Made by a program: the position numbers and the translations under genes
Notes under the pieces: generated by a model
The model's input: only the letters and a program-made list of their open reading frames with translations
Databases searched by the model: none
Told to the model about the DNA's origin: nothing
Virus record (IMG/VR): IMGVR_UViG_3300043414_000571
Coordinates: 1-30,144 of that record
DNA: 30,144 nucleotides
Direction: 5' to 3' (one strand)
Origin: a virus
Taxonomy: Duplodnaviria > Caudoviricetes
Part shown: positions 9,056 to 17,813 of the stretch, in pieces
Position numbering within the stretch: position 1 is the stretch's first letter
Layout of the letters: the number at the start of each line of letters is the position of its first letter

Positions 9056-11104
9056 ATGCCAATGCCCGCGCCACAAGTTCAATACGATTTAGTTTACTTA
9101 AAGGGCGGGCTTGACCTCATCACGCCAACGCTGGCAATTCCTGCCGGGGTTGCTAGAAATGCTGTAAATTTTGAAGCGTCCATTACTGGCGGGTATTCTC
9201 GAATCTCTGGTTACGAAAGATTTGATGGCCGCCCTGCGCCGTCAAGCGCGCTTTATGATTCAATAAACGTCAATCTTACTGGAGCTATTGCAGCCGGAAA
9301 TACAATCACCGGACTTACTTCAGGAAAAACTGGGGTAGTAATTGCGGTTAGCGGCAGCGATATATTTTTTACCAAAGCTACCGGCGCTTTTACAAATGGC
9401 GAAACAATCCAAGTTGGCGGGGTTTCAAAAGGAACCATTGCTGCTTTAGCTGCGGCAAATCCGATTACTCAAAAAACACAAGCCCAATATTTAAATCTTG
9501 CGGCAAACGTTTACCGAACAGATATCGGTGCGGTTCCGGGTAGCGGTCCGATACGCGGCGTTGTAGAAATAAACAAGGTGCTTTATGCATGGCGAAACAA
9601 TGTCGGCAACACCGCCATGGCTATTTATAAATCCAGTGCTTCAGGCTGGGTTAACGTACCGCTTGGGTTTGAATTAGGTTTTGACACAGGTACTGGTGAG
9701 ATTTTTGACGGTGATATAGTTCTTGGTTCAGTTAGCGGCGCGACTGCCACAGTTAAAAGAGCCGTTCTTGAAACGGGAAGTTACGGCGCGGGAACTGCCG
9801 CAGGCCGCCTTATATTTGCTACGGTAACCGGGACGTTTAGCGCAACTGAATTTTTAAAAGTGGGCGGAGTTAATAAAGCAAAAGTGGTTGCTGCTCAAAC
9901 CGCTATTACTCTTGCGCCCGACGGTCGTGTTGAAACTGTAGCAGGCAATTTCGGAGGGGCCGATTTAAATCTTCGGGTTTACGGTTGCGATAACGTCAAT
10001 CGAGGTTTTGAATTCGATGGCACCGTTTATGTACCAATAAAAACCGGGATGGCTATTGATAAGCCAAACCACGTTAGCGTTCATAAGCAACATTTGTTTT
10101 TTTCTTTCGGGGCTTCGCTTCAATTTTCAGCAATTAGTTCCCCTTATCAATGGACACCTTTGCTGGGCGCTGGAGAAATCGTTCAACCGGAACCGATAAC
10201 ATGTCTTGTCATTCAACCCGGTGATCAAACGACCGGGGCTTTAGCGGTTTATTCAGATAACTTTACTTACATTTTGTATGGCACGGATTCGGCGAGTTGG
10301 ACTTTAACCGCATACAATACCGGTACGGGCGCTAAAGAATACAGCGGCCAAAATTTAGCTTCAACGTATACCTTTGATAGCCGCGGCGTTATTTCTTTGC
10401 AAGCTACTTTAAGTTACGGTAACTTCGACACTGCCGCCCTAACTTTAAACATCCGCCCATTTACTCAAGCCCGTCGTAATCTTGTAACTGCAAGCGCGTT
10501 AAACAGAGAAAAATCGCAGTACAGAATATTTTTCTCAGATGGTTACGGGCTTTATATAACTATTGCCAACGGCCAAATGCTCGGGGCTATGCCGGTTCGT
10601 TTTCCTGACGCGGTTATGTGTGCTTGTGAAGCTACCGACTCTCTTTCTAATCAATCGATGTTCTTTGGTTCCACGGATGGTTACGTTTACGCGGTAGATG
10701 TAGGCACGTCGTTTGATGGCGAAGATATTGGAGCAGAGCTTGAGCTTAACTATAATTCCGAAAATTCGCCGCGAGTATTGAAAAGATATCGCCGCGGTTC
10801 TTTTGAAATTACCGGCGATGGTTTTGCTGAATTTAATTTTGCCTACGCTCTTGGGTATTCAAGCCAGTATATAGGTCAAGATACGGGAGCTTCTTACGCA
10901 AACTCTTTTTCGGGCAGCTATTGGGATAGCGCGTACTGGGATAGTTTCATCTGGGACGGCCGTATTCTAGCGCCAACTGACGTGGAAATAAAAGGCACCG
11001 GAGAAAATATCGTCATTCAAATTTCATCAAACGCTGCTTATTACGCTCCGTTTACAATAAACAGCATGATATTGCACTACACATCACGTAGAGGACTGCG
11101 ATAA
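9056..11104 (+). CDS. Tail nozzle / DNA-stabilisation protein (tubular protein B or P22 gp10-like)
   Basis: 682 aa; begins LKGGLDL...NAVNFE, beta-propeller-like content (HKQHLFFS), ends SPRVLKRYRR...FTINSMILHY. Confidence 0.75.
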   Translation: MPMPAPQVQYDLVYLKGGLDLITPTLAIPAGVARNAVNFEASITGGYSRISGYERFDGRPAPSSALYDSINVNLTGAIAAGNTITGLTSGKTGVVIAVSGSDIFFTKATGAFTNGETIQVGGVSKGTIAALAAANPITQKTQAQYLNLAANVYRTDIGAVPGSGPIRGVVEINKVLYAWRNNVGNTAMAIYKSSASGWVNVPLGFELGFDTGTGEIFDGDIVLGSVSGATATVKRAVLETGSYGAGTAAGRLIFATVTGTFSATEFLKVGGVNKAKVVAAQTAITLAPDGRVETVAGNFGGADLNLRVYGCDNVNRGFEFDGTVYVPIKTGMAIDKPNHVSVHKQHLFFSFGASLQFSAISSPYQWTPLLGAGEIVQPEPITCLVIQPGDQTTGALAVYSDNFTYILYGTDSASWTLTAYNTGTGAKEYSGQNLASTYTFDSRGVISLQATLSYGNFDTAALTLNIRPFTQARRNLVTASALNREKSQYRIFFSDGYGLYITIANGQMLGAMPVRFPDAVMCACEATDSLSNQSMFFGSTDGYVYAVDVGTSFDGEDIGAELELNYNSENSPRVLKRYRRGSFEITGDGFAEFNFAYALGYSSQYIGQDTGASYANSFSGSYWDSAYWDSFIWDGRILAPTDVEIKGTGENIVIQISSNAAYYAPFTINSMILHYTSRRGLR

Positions 11105-12327
11105 TGGCAAACAGTTTTTATAACCACGGGGCTTTTCCAGTCACGGGGTCGGCTGCAACATCGGCAAACATGCGTGCGGAATTAGATTTAATCGCGGCAG
11201 GTTTTGATAAGATGCCTACCCTGTCGGGTAACGCCAACAAAATTGTAGTAATCAATGCTTCCGGTAATGCACTTGATGTCACAACTTCTATACCGCCTGC
11301 CTCCGGCGGTACTGGTTTTTCTACTTACGCCATCGGTGATTTGTTATACGCCGACACAACTACCACTTTAGCTAAATTGGCCGACGTGGCCACAGGCAAC
11401 GCGCTAATCTCAGGTGGTGTGGGCGTAGCCCCAAGCTGGGGTAAAGTTGGTTTAACTACCCATGTATCTGGAATACTGCCTACTGCAAACGGCGGTACAA
11501 GCCTTTCAAGTTTAGGCACAGGCGTAGTTACGGCGTTAGGTCTTGCAACTAACGTTGCCGGAGGCATAGTTGTTCCGGCGGCAGCTTTAACTGCTAGTGC
11601 TTTACTTTTAGGTGGCGGGTCCGGCACCGGCATATCTTCAACTACCACGGGCACAGGTGTTGTTACAGCTATAGGTATTAATACTAATACCGCTGGAGGT
11701 ATAGTTACCTCGCCTGCGGCATTAGCCGCTAGTGCTTTACTTTTAGGTGGCGGGTCCGGCACGGGTATATCTTCAACTACTACCGGCACCGGCGTTGTTA
11801 CCGCGTTAGGTATTGCGGTTAATACGGCTAATTCCTTAGTTACTCAATCCGCAGTTTTAACAGCAAACAATATTGTTTTAGGCGGCGGTTCTGGCACAGG
11901 CGTATCGGGTTTAGCGTTAGGCACCGCTGGCCAAGCTTTGGTAATAAACTCCGGCGCAACAGCACCAGTTTGGACTGATCAGTTTCTATCAATCAGTTAC
12001 GTATTTAGTTTTCCCTCGGCTTCGGACCAAGGTGATCTAACTATTCCTTTCAACTGCACCATCACCGAGTGGACCCTGCTTGCTGATGCCACTGGTTCCG
12101 CTGTTGTCGATATCTGGAAAGATACTTACGCAAACTATCCGCCTACTATTGCAGACGTAATTACCGCATCGGCTAAACCTACAATATCTTCAGCAACTAA
12201 AGGTCAAAGCTCTAGTTTGACTGGCTGGACAGCAACGATTGCAGCGGGCGATACTTTGCGTTTTAACGTAAACTCTGTTTCGGGTATCAACAGAATAACT
12301 CTTTCGTTGAAAGTGAAACGGACATGA
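11104..12327 (+). CDS. Tail fibre / fibre-attachment protein with internal repeats
   Basis: N-terminal anchor-like segment (SANMRAELDLIAAGFDK), fibre motifs (GGTGFSTYAIGDLLYA, LPTANGGT) and 45-aa repeats. Confidence 0.75.
   Translation: MANSFYNHGAFPVTGSAATSANMRAELDLIAAGFDKMPTLSGNANKIVVINASGNALDVTTSIPPASGGTGFSTYAIGDLLYADTTTTLAKLADVATGNALISGGVGVAPSWGKVGLTTHVSGILPTANGGTSLSSLGTGVVTALGLATNVAGGIVVPAAALTASALLLGGGSGTGISSTTTGTGVVTAIGINTNTAGGIVTSPAALAASALLLGGGSGTGISSTTTGTGVVTALGIAVNTANSLVTQSAVLTANNIVLGGGSGTGVSGLALGTAGQALVINSGATAPVWTDQFLSISYVFSFPSASDQGDLTIPFNCTITEWTLLADATGSAVVDIWKDTYANYPPTIADVITASAKPTISSATKGQSSSLTGWTATIAAGDTLRFNVNSVSGINRITLSLKVKRT
11593..11808 (+). repeat. 135-bp-period direct repeat inside the tail fibre gene
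   Basis: GCTAGTGCTTTACTTTTAGGTGGCGGGTCCGGCAC is identical at 11593 and 11728; similarity continues with third-position changes, and a degenerate third copy lies near 11863-11905. Confidence 0.9.
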
Positions 12328-12506
12328 TTATAAATAACGTTATACGTCTTGATTGGTCTGTTTTTGATCCGGTTTACCCGTATCAAAATTCATACGAATA
12401 TACAACGGAAGAATACGCAGCACTTGATTTGAATGCTGTTAAAGAACAGCAAGAACAAGAATATAACGCGTGGCTTGAAAACCTCAGAAGCATGGAACAG
12501 GGGTAA
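12324..12506 (+). CDS. Small acidic protein, possible fibre chaperone or connector
   Basis: 60 aa; ATGA overlap with the upstream gene, 3 nt before the next start. Confidence 0.65.
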   Translation: MIINNVIRLDWSVFDPVYPYQNSYEYTTEEYAALDLNAVKEQQEQEYNAWLENLRSMEQG

Positions 12507-12509
12507 TAA

Positions 12510-15500
12510 ATGGCAAACCGTTTTTGGGTTGGCGGCAGTGGAACTTGGGATAGCACCACCACAACAAATTGGTCAGCTACAACCGGGGGCGCGGGCGGCG
12601 CTTCTGTACCAACTAACGCAGATACCGTCATTTTTGATGCAAGTTCCGGTACAGGTACGGTTACTATATCCACCGGCGGCGGCGCTACGTGCTTAACTTT
12701 AACTGCCTCGGCTATTACTGCCAACTTAAAATTTGACGGCAGAACAGCATCCGGCGGGGTAAATAACCCGGTTACTATAACCACCAACGCCACCTTTGCT
12801 GTCGCGGCTACTTTTGTAAACTACCCATTAGATATCCAATTTACTGGATCGGTAACAACATCGATTTTAAACAATGCAAGCACTACCGTTTTGGGTACGA
12901 TAACTAACGGTAAGTCGGCAGGAACTCTTTCTATAGCTACTAGTAACTGTGTTTGCGATACTTTTATTCAAAGTGGCAATATCACTGCACTAACAACAAA
13001 CCTTACTTGTAATACTTTTCAATCGCTTATTGGCGCGTTTCAAATTAACGCAGCAATTTTAACGGTAAGCACTAGTTTTTCAGATGATGACGCAGCCAAT
13101 TCAAGATCGATCATTATTACGACAGGTACTCTTAACGTAGGGACGAACGTAACTACTACGTCTTTGACCGCGATCACCTACTATTTAAATAACTCCTTTA
13201 CAACATTTACACCGGGAACCGGTGTTGTAGTTATCGGCAGCACAACACCTCAAGCTACAAATGCAACTTTTTTCCACGGATGTTCAGGCAATCTACGAAA
13301 CGTTCTTTTTCAAGGAACAAAAACATTTATATACGGCGGTAATTCTGGTGTAAGTCTAACTGTTGCTGGCGCAACAACCGCAGGATTTCGGGTAACTTCT
13401 CCCGCCGGTATCAACCACGAAATGCGGATTGATTCAAGGATATCTATAACTGTTACCGGTGGAACTTTTTCCGTCGTAGGTAACTCTGTTACTAACCGGG
13501 CTTTAGTATGCAACGACCAAATGGGCACCGCGTCTAGCATAGTTCTTACTGGAACTGCGACTAGGACATTAACTAACGTAGACTTACAAGACATAGCTTT
13601 CACTTTCGGGTCAGCTTTAACAGGAACCTCGATTGGTGACTGCGGCAACATTACAAACGTCACCCCTACTGCTGCAGTAACTTGCTTTGCAAAAACAGGA
13701 GCGACTGCATTTAACTATGACGGGGCGATGTGGTTTACGACTTCAGGCGGTGTAACCGCGCAACGAGTTCCACTTCCTCAAGATACCGTCATTTTTGATT
13801 CAAACACTGGAAGTGGCGTTGTAACGGTTAACGCACGAACTTTAGGTGGCGCGATAACTACAACTGGGTGGGGCGGTTCTTTTGATATAAATTTACTTAG
13901 CGATTGCATTCCATCTATTTATGGACAATACACTGGCACCGGTTCGCTGTTAAACACTTTGACTCGAGTTAGGTTTGGAGCTAGGGCAGACACAACGGTA
14001 CCCGCTACCGGCATAACCGGAACAATGCTTATTGATTGTATTGGTTTTACTGCCACATTAAGTGGGGCTATTAATAACGCGGATTTAATTCTTTGGTTGC
14101 ATTCCGGAACGCTTAATACATCCGTAAGCAATTACGCCATTACTGCTTCAAACCTGTATCTTCTTGGCGCGGTGTCCGGCGGTTACGTAGGTTCGCCTGT
14201 TGGCGGCAATGCTGCTCTAACTTTAAATGCATCTACTGTAACTCTTACCGCTAAAACTGCTGCTAACGTCATTAACATTGAAACCGCGGCTACTCTTACC
14301 GCCGGCACATCGACAGTCAATATAACTCCGCAAGGAAGTCTTAGCGCAATTAATTTTATATCAGCTAAAACATTTAACAACGTAACCCTTACTCCTAACA
14401 GCAGCCTAACTACTTTTAATAAAACTGGTAACACTACTTTTGCGGCGTTTACTTGCTCAACAATTTATCCTTTTGCATTTACTTTTGCGGCTTCTTCAAC
14501 TAATACTTTTACTACTTTATCTTTAACGGGCACAACGTCTGGCGGCATCGTTGTTCGCCCAGCGGTTACCGCGGCTGGAACAACGGCTACTTTAGCTATA
14601 GGCTCGGCTTCAATAACTAGCTATACCGCTTTTAGGCAAATAACAAAATCAGGTGCTTCTACCCTTACGGCTAACAACGTAGCCGACCTTGGCGCTAATA
14701 GCGGAATAACTTTTTCGGCGATAACTAAAACTTTTGCTTTTACATCAGGAGCGGGATCGTTTGATGTGCCTTCTTCCTACAACGGCTCAAACATGTTTTA
14801 TGTTGTTGGCGCTGGCGGCGGTTCTGGTAGACGGGTATTAGGGTCTACTACTGGCGGCGGTGGCGGCGCGGCTGTTGGTATTTCTTCAAATTTAAGTTTA
14901 ACGAAAAACCAAACTGTTTATTATTCCGTTGGTTCGGCTGGGGCCGGCGTAACTTCAGGTACTGGTAACGGGGGTACGGGCGGCACAAGCTGGGTTAACT
15001 CTTCGGCTAACGCCCAACCCGCAACAGCAAACATCGGCGCGATAGCAAACGGGGGTGTTGGGTCAACTACCGCCGGCGTGGCCGGCACCGGCGGTACAGC
15101 GAACACTACAGTTAACACTGTTGGGGTCGCGGGCGGGGCTGGGGCGAGTGGTGGTGGCGGCACAGCAGCCGGGTTTGCTTACGGGTTAGGTAGAACCGGC
15201 GGCACTGCTAACGGTGGCGGCGCGGGTATGGCAACTGCCGGTGTCAACGGCGCTACAAACGGCGGTGCAGGCGGCTCTGGTATAGGCGCGGGCGGCACTG
15301 GCGGAACACCTTCGGTTTTAAATGGCGGTGCCGGCGGGATAGGAGCGGGCGGCGGCGGCGGCGTAACCGCACAAGCAGGAAATAACGCGGGTAACGCCGG
15401 CGCGGGCGGGGCAGGCTCAGATTTTTCTTATAGCTATTTAAACGGTTCAATTGCTTCGGGTTCAATCGGCCCCGGCGGCGCGGGCGGTGGTGGAGGTAGC

Positions 15501-15683
15501 ACCACGTTTACATCGGGCTTGGGCGGTAGCGGCGGCGCGGGTTCTTATGGAGCGGGCGGCGGCAGAGCCGGCGCGGGCGGTTCGCTTGGTTCTAACGGCC
15601 TCGGTGCTTCCGGCGGCGGGGGCTTAATTATTTTTGTATATGAGATGACGCGTGCGGCTAACTTTGGAACAATCATAGGATAA
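12510..15683 (+). CDS. Large tail fibre/spike-like receptor-binding protein with Gly-rich C-terminus
   Basis: 1057 aa; MANRFWVGGSGTWD start, T/S/G/N-rich beta-solenoid-like body, Gly-rich domain ending GASGGGGLIIFVY. Confidence 0.8.
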   Translation: MANRFWVGGSGTWDSTTTTNWSATTGGAGGASVPTNADTVIFDASSGTGTVTISTGGGATCLTLTASAITANLKFDGRTASGGVNNPVTITTNATFAVAATFVNYPLDIQFTGSVTTSILNNASTTVLGTITNGKSAGTLSIATSNCVCDTFIQSGNITALTTNLTCNTFQSLIGAFQINAAILTVSTSFSDDDAANSRSIIITTGTLNVGTNVTTTSLTAITYYLNNSFTTFTPGTGVVVIGSTTPQATNATFFHGCSGNLRNVLFQGTKTFIYGGNSGVSLTVAGATTAGFRVTSPAGINHEMRIDSRISITVTGGTFSVVGNSVTNRALVCNDQMGTASSIVLTGTATRTLTNVDLQDIAFTFGSALTGTSIGDCGNITNVTPTAAVTCFAKTGATAFNYDGAMWFTTSGGVTAQRVPLPQDTVIFDSNTGSGVVTVNARTLGGAITTTGWGGSFDINLLSDCIPSIYGQYTGTGSLLNTLTRVRFGARADTTVPATGITGTMLIDCIGFTATLSGAINNADLILWLHSGTLNTSVSNYAITASNLYLLGAVSGGYVGSPVGGNAALTLNASTVTLTAKTAANVINIETAATLTAGTSTVNITPQGSLSAINFISAKTFNNVTLTPNSSLTTFNKTGNTTFAAFTCSTIYPFAFTFAASSTNTFTTLSLTGTTSGGIVVRPAVTAAGTTATLAIGSASITSYTAFRQITKSGASTLTANNVADLGANSGITFSAITKTFAFTSGAGSFDVPSSYNGSNMFYVVGAGGGSGRRVLGSTTGGGGGAAVGISSNLSLTKNQTVYYSVGSAGAGVTSGTGNGGTGGTSWVNSSANAQPATANIGAIANGGVGSTTAGVAGTGGTANTTVNTVGVAGGAGASGGGGTAAGFAYGLGRTGGTANGGGAGMATAGVNGATNGGAGGSGIGAGGTGGTPSVLNGGAGGIGAGGGGGVTAQAGNNAGNAGAGGAGSDFSYSYLNGSIASGSIGPGGAGGGGGSTTFTSGLGGSGGAGSYGAGGGRAGAGGSLGSNGLGASGGGGLIIFVYEMTRAANFGTIIG

Positions 15684-15685
15684 TC

Positions 15686-15907
15686 ATGGATAACCAAGCT
15701 TTCATAAATATCCTGATCGGGGTATGCGGTGTATTTGGCGGGTGGATTCTGAACAATATTACCCGAGCGGTAAATAAGTTAGAAGATAAAATTGCTGGCC
15801 TTCCAGTGGTATATGTTCAAAAAGATGACTACCGCCGAGACATCGATGATGTGAAAGCTATGCTAAAACAAATATTCGACAAGCTGGACAACAAGGCCGA
15901 CAAGTGA
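15686..15907 (+). CDS. Small membrane protein (N-terminal TM plus coiled coil), lysis-associated
   Basis: AGGA SD; hydrophobic FINILIGVCGVFGGWIL followed by a charged helix ending KLDNKADK. Confidence 0.7.
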   Translation: MDNQAFINILIGVCGVFGGWILNNITRAVNKLEDKIAGLPVVYVQKDDYRRDIDDVKAMLKQIFDKLDNKADK

Positions 15908-15908
15908 A

Positions 15909-16520
15909 GTGGACCCACTTACCTTACTTGCCGCTGCTAGAACTGCTGCAGCCGCAATACGCAAGGGCTGTGAGATGTACCAAGAGTATAAATCTCAAGG
16001 CATGGAATTGGTTGATGCGTACGGTCAAGCCAAAGATGTGGTTGCTGACCTCAGTAATCATTTGGGAAGCTTTTTTAAATCGCACCAACAGCTTGAGAAG
16101 CACGTCCACGAAGAGGAATTAAAAGCTAAGAAATTACGTGACCCGGAGTTGTCGGTAAATCAGGAAGCCTTTAATCGGATACTTGCACAAAAAGAGATGA
16201 TCCGGTTAGAGACCGAGTTGCGAGAAATGATGGTGTACCAAGCGCCAAAAGAACTAGGCGCGGTGTGGTCCGAGTTTGAAGTAATGCGCGACAAGATTAA
16301 AGCGGAGCGCGCCGAAATCCAACGTCAAGAAACAGTAAAACAACAGGCGGCAGCATGGCGACGGGCAAGTATAAAAAGAAAGATCAACGAACAGCTAACG
16401 TCCGTTCTGGCGGTTCTGTTCATAACGTTATGGTTCCTATGGCTAATGATACTAATTCGCACGAGTCACACGTACCGTGGTCTTTACTCATTGCCGTCAC
16501 CGTTTTGTGTTTTGTGTTAG
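15909..16520 (+). CDS. Coiled-coil protein with C-terminal TM segment
   Basis: GTG start, MDPLTLLAAA N-terminus, TM segment VLAVLFITLWFLWLMILI. Confidence 0.75.
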   Translation: MDPLTLLAAARTAAAAIRKGCEMYQEYKSQGMELVDAYGQAKDVVADLSNHLGSFFKSHQQLEKHVHEEELKAKKLRDPELSVNQEAFNRILAQKEMIRLETELREMMVYQAPKELGAVWSEFEVMRDKIKAERAEIQRQETVKQQAAAWRRASIKRKINEQLTSVLAVLFITLWFLWLMILIRTSHTYRGLYSLPSPFCVLC

Positions 16521-16645
16521 TGCTTGCTCTCCCAATCATGGGGGTCATGTACATGGATATGAACAACGCAACAGCCGCAGCAATGGAAGAAATAAAAAAG
16601 ATGCGTGAACTACGCGCTAAAATTTTAATGGGAGTGCAGGAATAA
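16355..16645 (+). CDS. Single-TM membrane protein overlapping the upstream gene (start uncertain)
   Basis: TM WSLLIAVTVLCFVLVLALPIMGVM then an amphipathic helix. Fills 16521-16645, and its stop overlaps the next ATG (TAATG). Confidence 0.7.
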   Translation: MATGKYKKKDQRTANVRSGGSVHNVMVPMANDTNSHESHVPWSLLIAVTVLCFVLVLALPIMGVMYMDMNNATAAAMEEIKKMRELRAKILMGVQE

Positions 16646-17160
16646 TGCTTACTTTGATCTCGACTCTAATATCATTTTTGTCCGGCGGCTTGCCAAAGCT
16701 TCTTGATTTTTTTCAAGACAAGTCAGACAAAAGCCACGAATTAAAAATGGCACAGATACAAACAGACCGCGAGTTGCAATTAGCTGCTGCAGGGTTTGTA
16801 GCCCAGCAACACATTGAAGAAATTAAGCTGGATGAAATTAAAACTCAATCAACATCTGCGGAGCAAATTGCCCGAATCACCGCACAAAATGCGGAGATGA
16901 CTGCTATATATGCCCACGATACCGGACTTAACGAAGGCACAAGCCCGTGGATGAAAAACTTGCGCGCTAGTGTTCGCCCAGTAATCACTTATGGTTTTTT
17001 CTTTTTGCTAGTAGCTATTGACGCAGTGTTGGCTTACAAAGGTTTTGTAAGTGGGGTGGATTTTAATCAACTGGCTAATCAATTGTGGGACGATGAAACG
17101 CAAGCATTGTTTGCCAGCATAATCGCTTTTCATTTCGGTGGCCGGGCCTTCGGTAAGTAA
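16645..17160 (+). CDS. Holin-like protein (3TM holin / GTA holin type)
   Basis: Motifs WMKNLRASVRPVITYGF and IIAFHFGGRAFGK; adjacent to the endolysin. Confidence 0.75.
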   Translation: MLTLISTLISFLSGGLPKLLDFFQDKSDKSHELKMAQIQTDRELQLAAAGFVAQQHIEEIKLDEIKTQSTSAEQIARITAQNAEMTAIYAHDTGLNEGTSPWMKNLRASVRPVITYGFFFLLVAIDAVLAYKGFVSGVDFNQLANQLWDDETQALFASIIAFHFGGRAFGK

Positions 17161-17221
17161 TCTTTAAGTTCAACTTAAAGGTTGCATAATTTCTTTTGTT
17201 TATAAACCTATGGGTTATTAG

Positions 17222-17698
17222 ATGATCAGCGCCAAAGCCTTGGACATGATTAAGCACCACGAAGGGGTACGGACTAAACCGTATCGGTGCCCCGCTGCTC
17301 TGCATACGATTGGCGTGGGCCACGTACTTTATCCGGAACAAGCAAAGCTTTCTATGCAAGACCGGATTGCATACCCGATTAGACCCGAAGACAACCGCGT
17401 ATTTACTATGGGAGAAGTTGATGCCATTCTTCAAAAAGACCTTAGTAGGTTTGTTACGGGAGTTTTGCGTTATTGCCCTAGCAGCGTTAATAATCAAAGC
17501 TGGCTTGACGCTCTTGTAAGTTTTAGTTTTAATGTCGGGCTAGGTACGCTGCAACGCAGCACACTGCGGCAGAAGCACAACCGCGGTGATTATCAAAGCG
17601 CGGCAGAAGAATTTTTAAAATACACCAAAGCCGGGGGCAAAGTTCTTAAAGGTTTGGTCAATCGCCGCAACGACGAACGAGCTTTGTATCTTAGTTAG
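17222..17698 (+). CDS. Endolysin, GH24 phage lysozyme
   Basis: IKHHEG...PYRCPA..HTIGVGH catalytic region, DALVSFSFNVG, GLVNRRNDERALYL. Confidence 0.93.
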   Translation: MISAKALDMIKHHEGVRTKPYRCPAALHTIGVGHVLYPEQAKLSMQDRIAYPIRPEDNRVFTMGEVDAILQKDLSRFVTGVLRYCPSSVNNQSWLDALVSFSFNVGLGTLQRSTLRQKHNRGDYQSAAEEFLKYTKAGGKVLKGLVNRRNDERALYLS

Positions 17699-17713
17699 CA
17701 TTATAACAACGTG

Positions 17714-17742
17714 TTGTAGAATCAAATTGTTAATGGTAGAAT
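17714..17742 (+). promoter_or_regulatory. Sigma70-like promoter upstream of the ejection-protein block
   Basis: TTGTAG (17714-17719), 17-nt spacer, extended -10 TGgTAGAAT (17734-17742). Confidence 0.6.
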
Positions 17743-17765
17743 TTCTGAAGAGGCTCTGCGCCTTG

Positions 17766-17800
17766 AAAAAAGCCGCTCATTGAAGCGGCTTTTTATTTTT
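17766..17800 (+). terminator. Intrinsic terminator/attenuator (potentially bidirectional)
   Basis: AAAAAAGCCGCT-CATTGA-AGCGGCTTTTTATTTTT. Confidence 0.75.
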
Positions 17801-17813
17801 ATGGAGTTAAGGT

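Noticed and set aside
11104-15683. Diversity-generating retroelement target in the fibre genes
   Set aside because: No reverse transcriptase and no repeat pair differing only at adenines; the repeats are in-frame coding duplications.
15904-16122. 72-aa alternative ORF at the start of the 203-aa gene
   Set aside because: The 15909 frame is longer and more protein-like; no lipobox or other support for this one.
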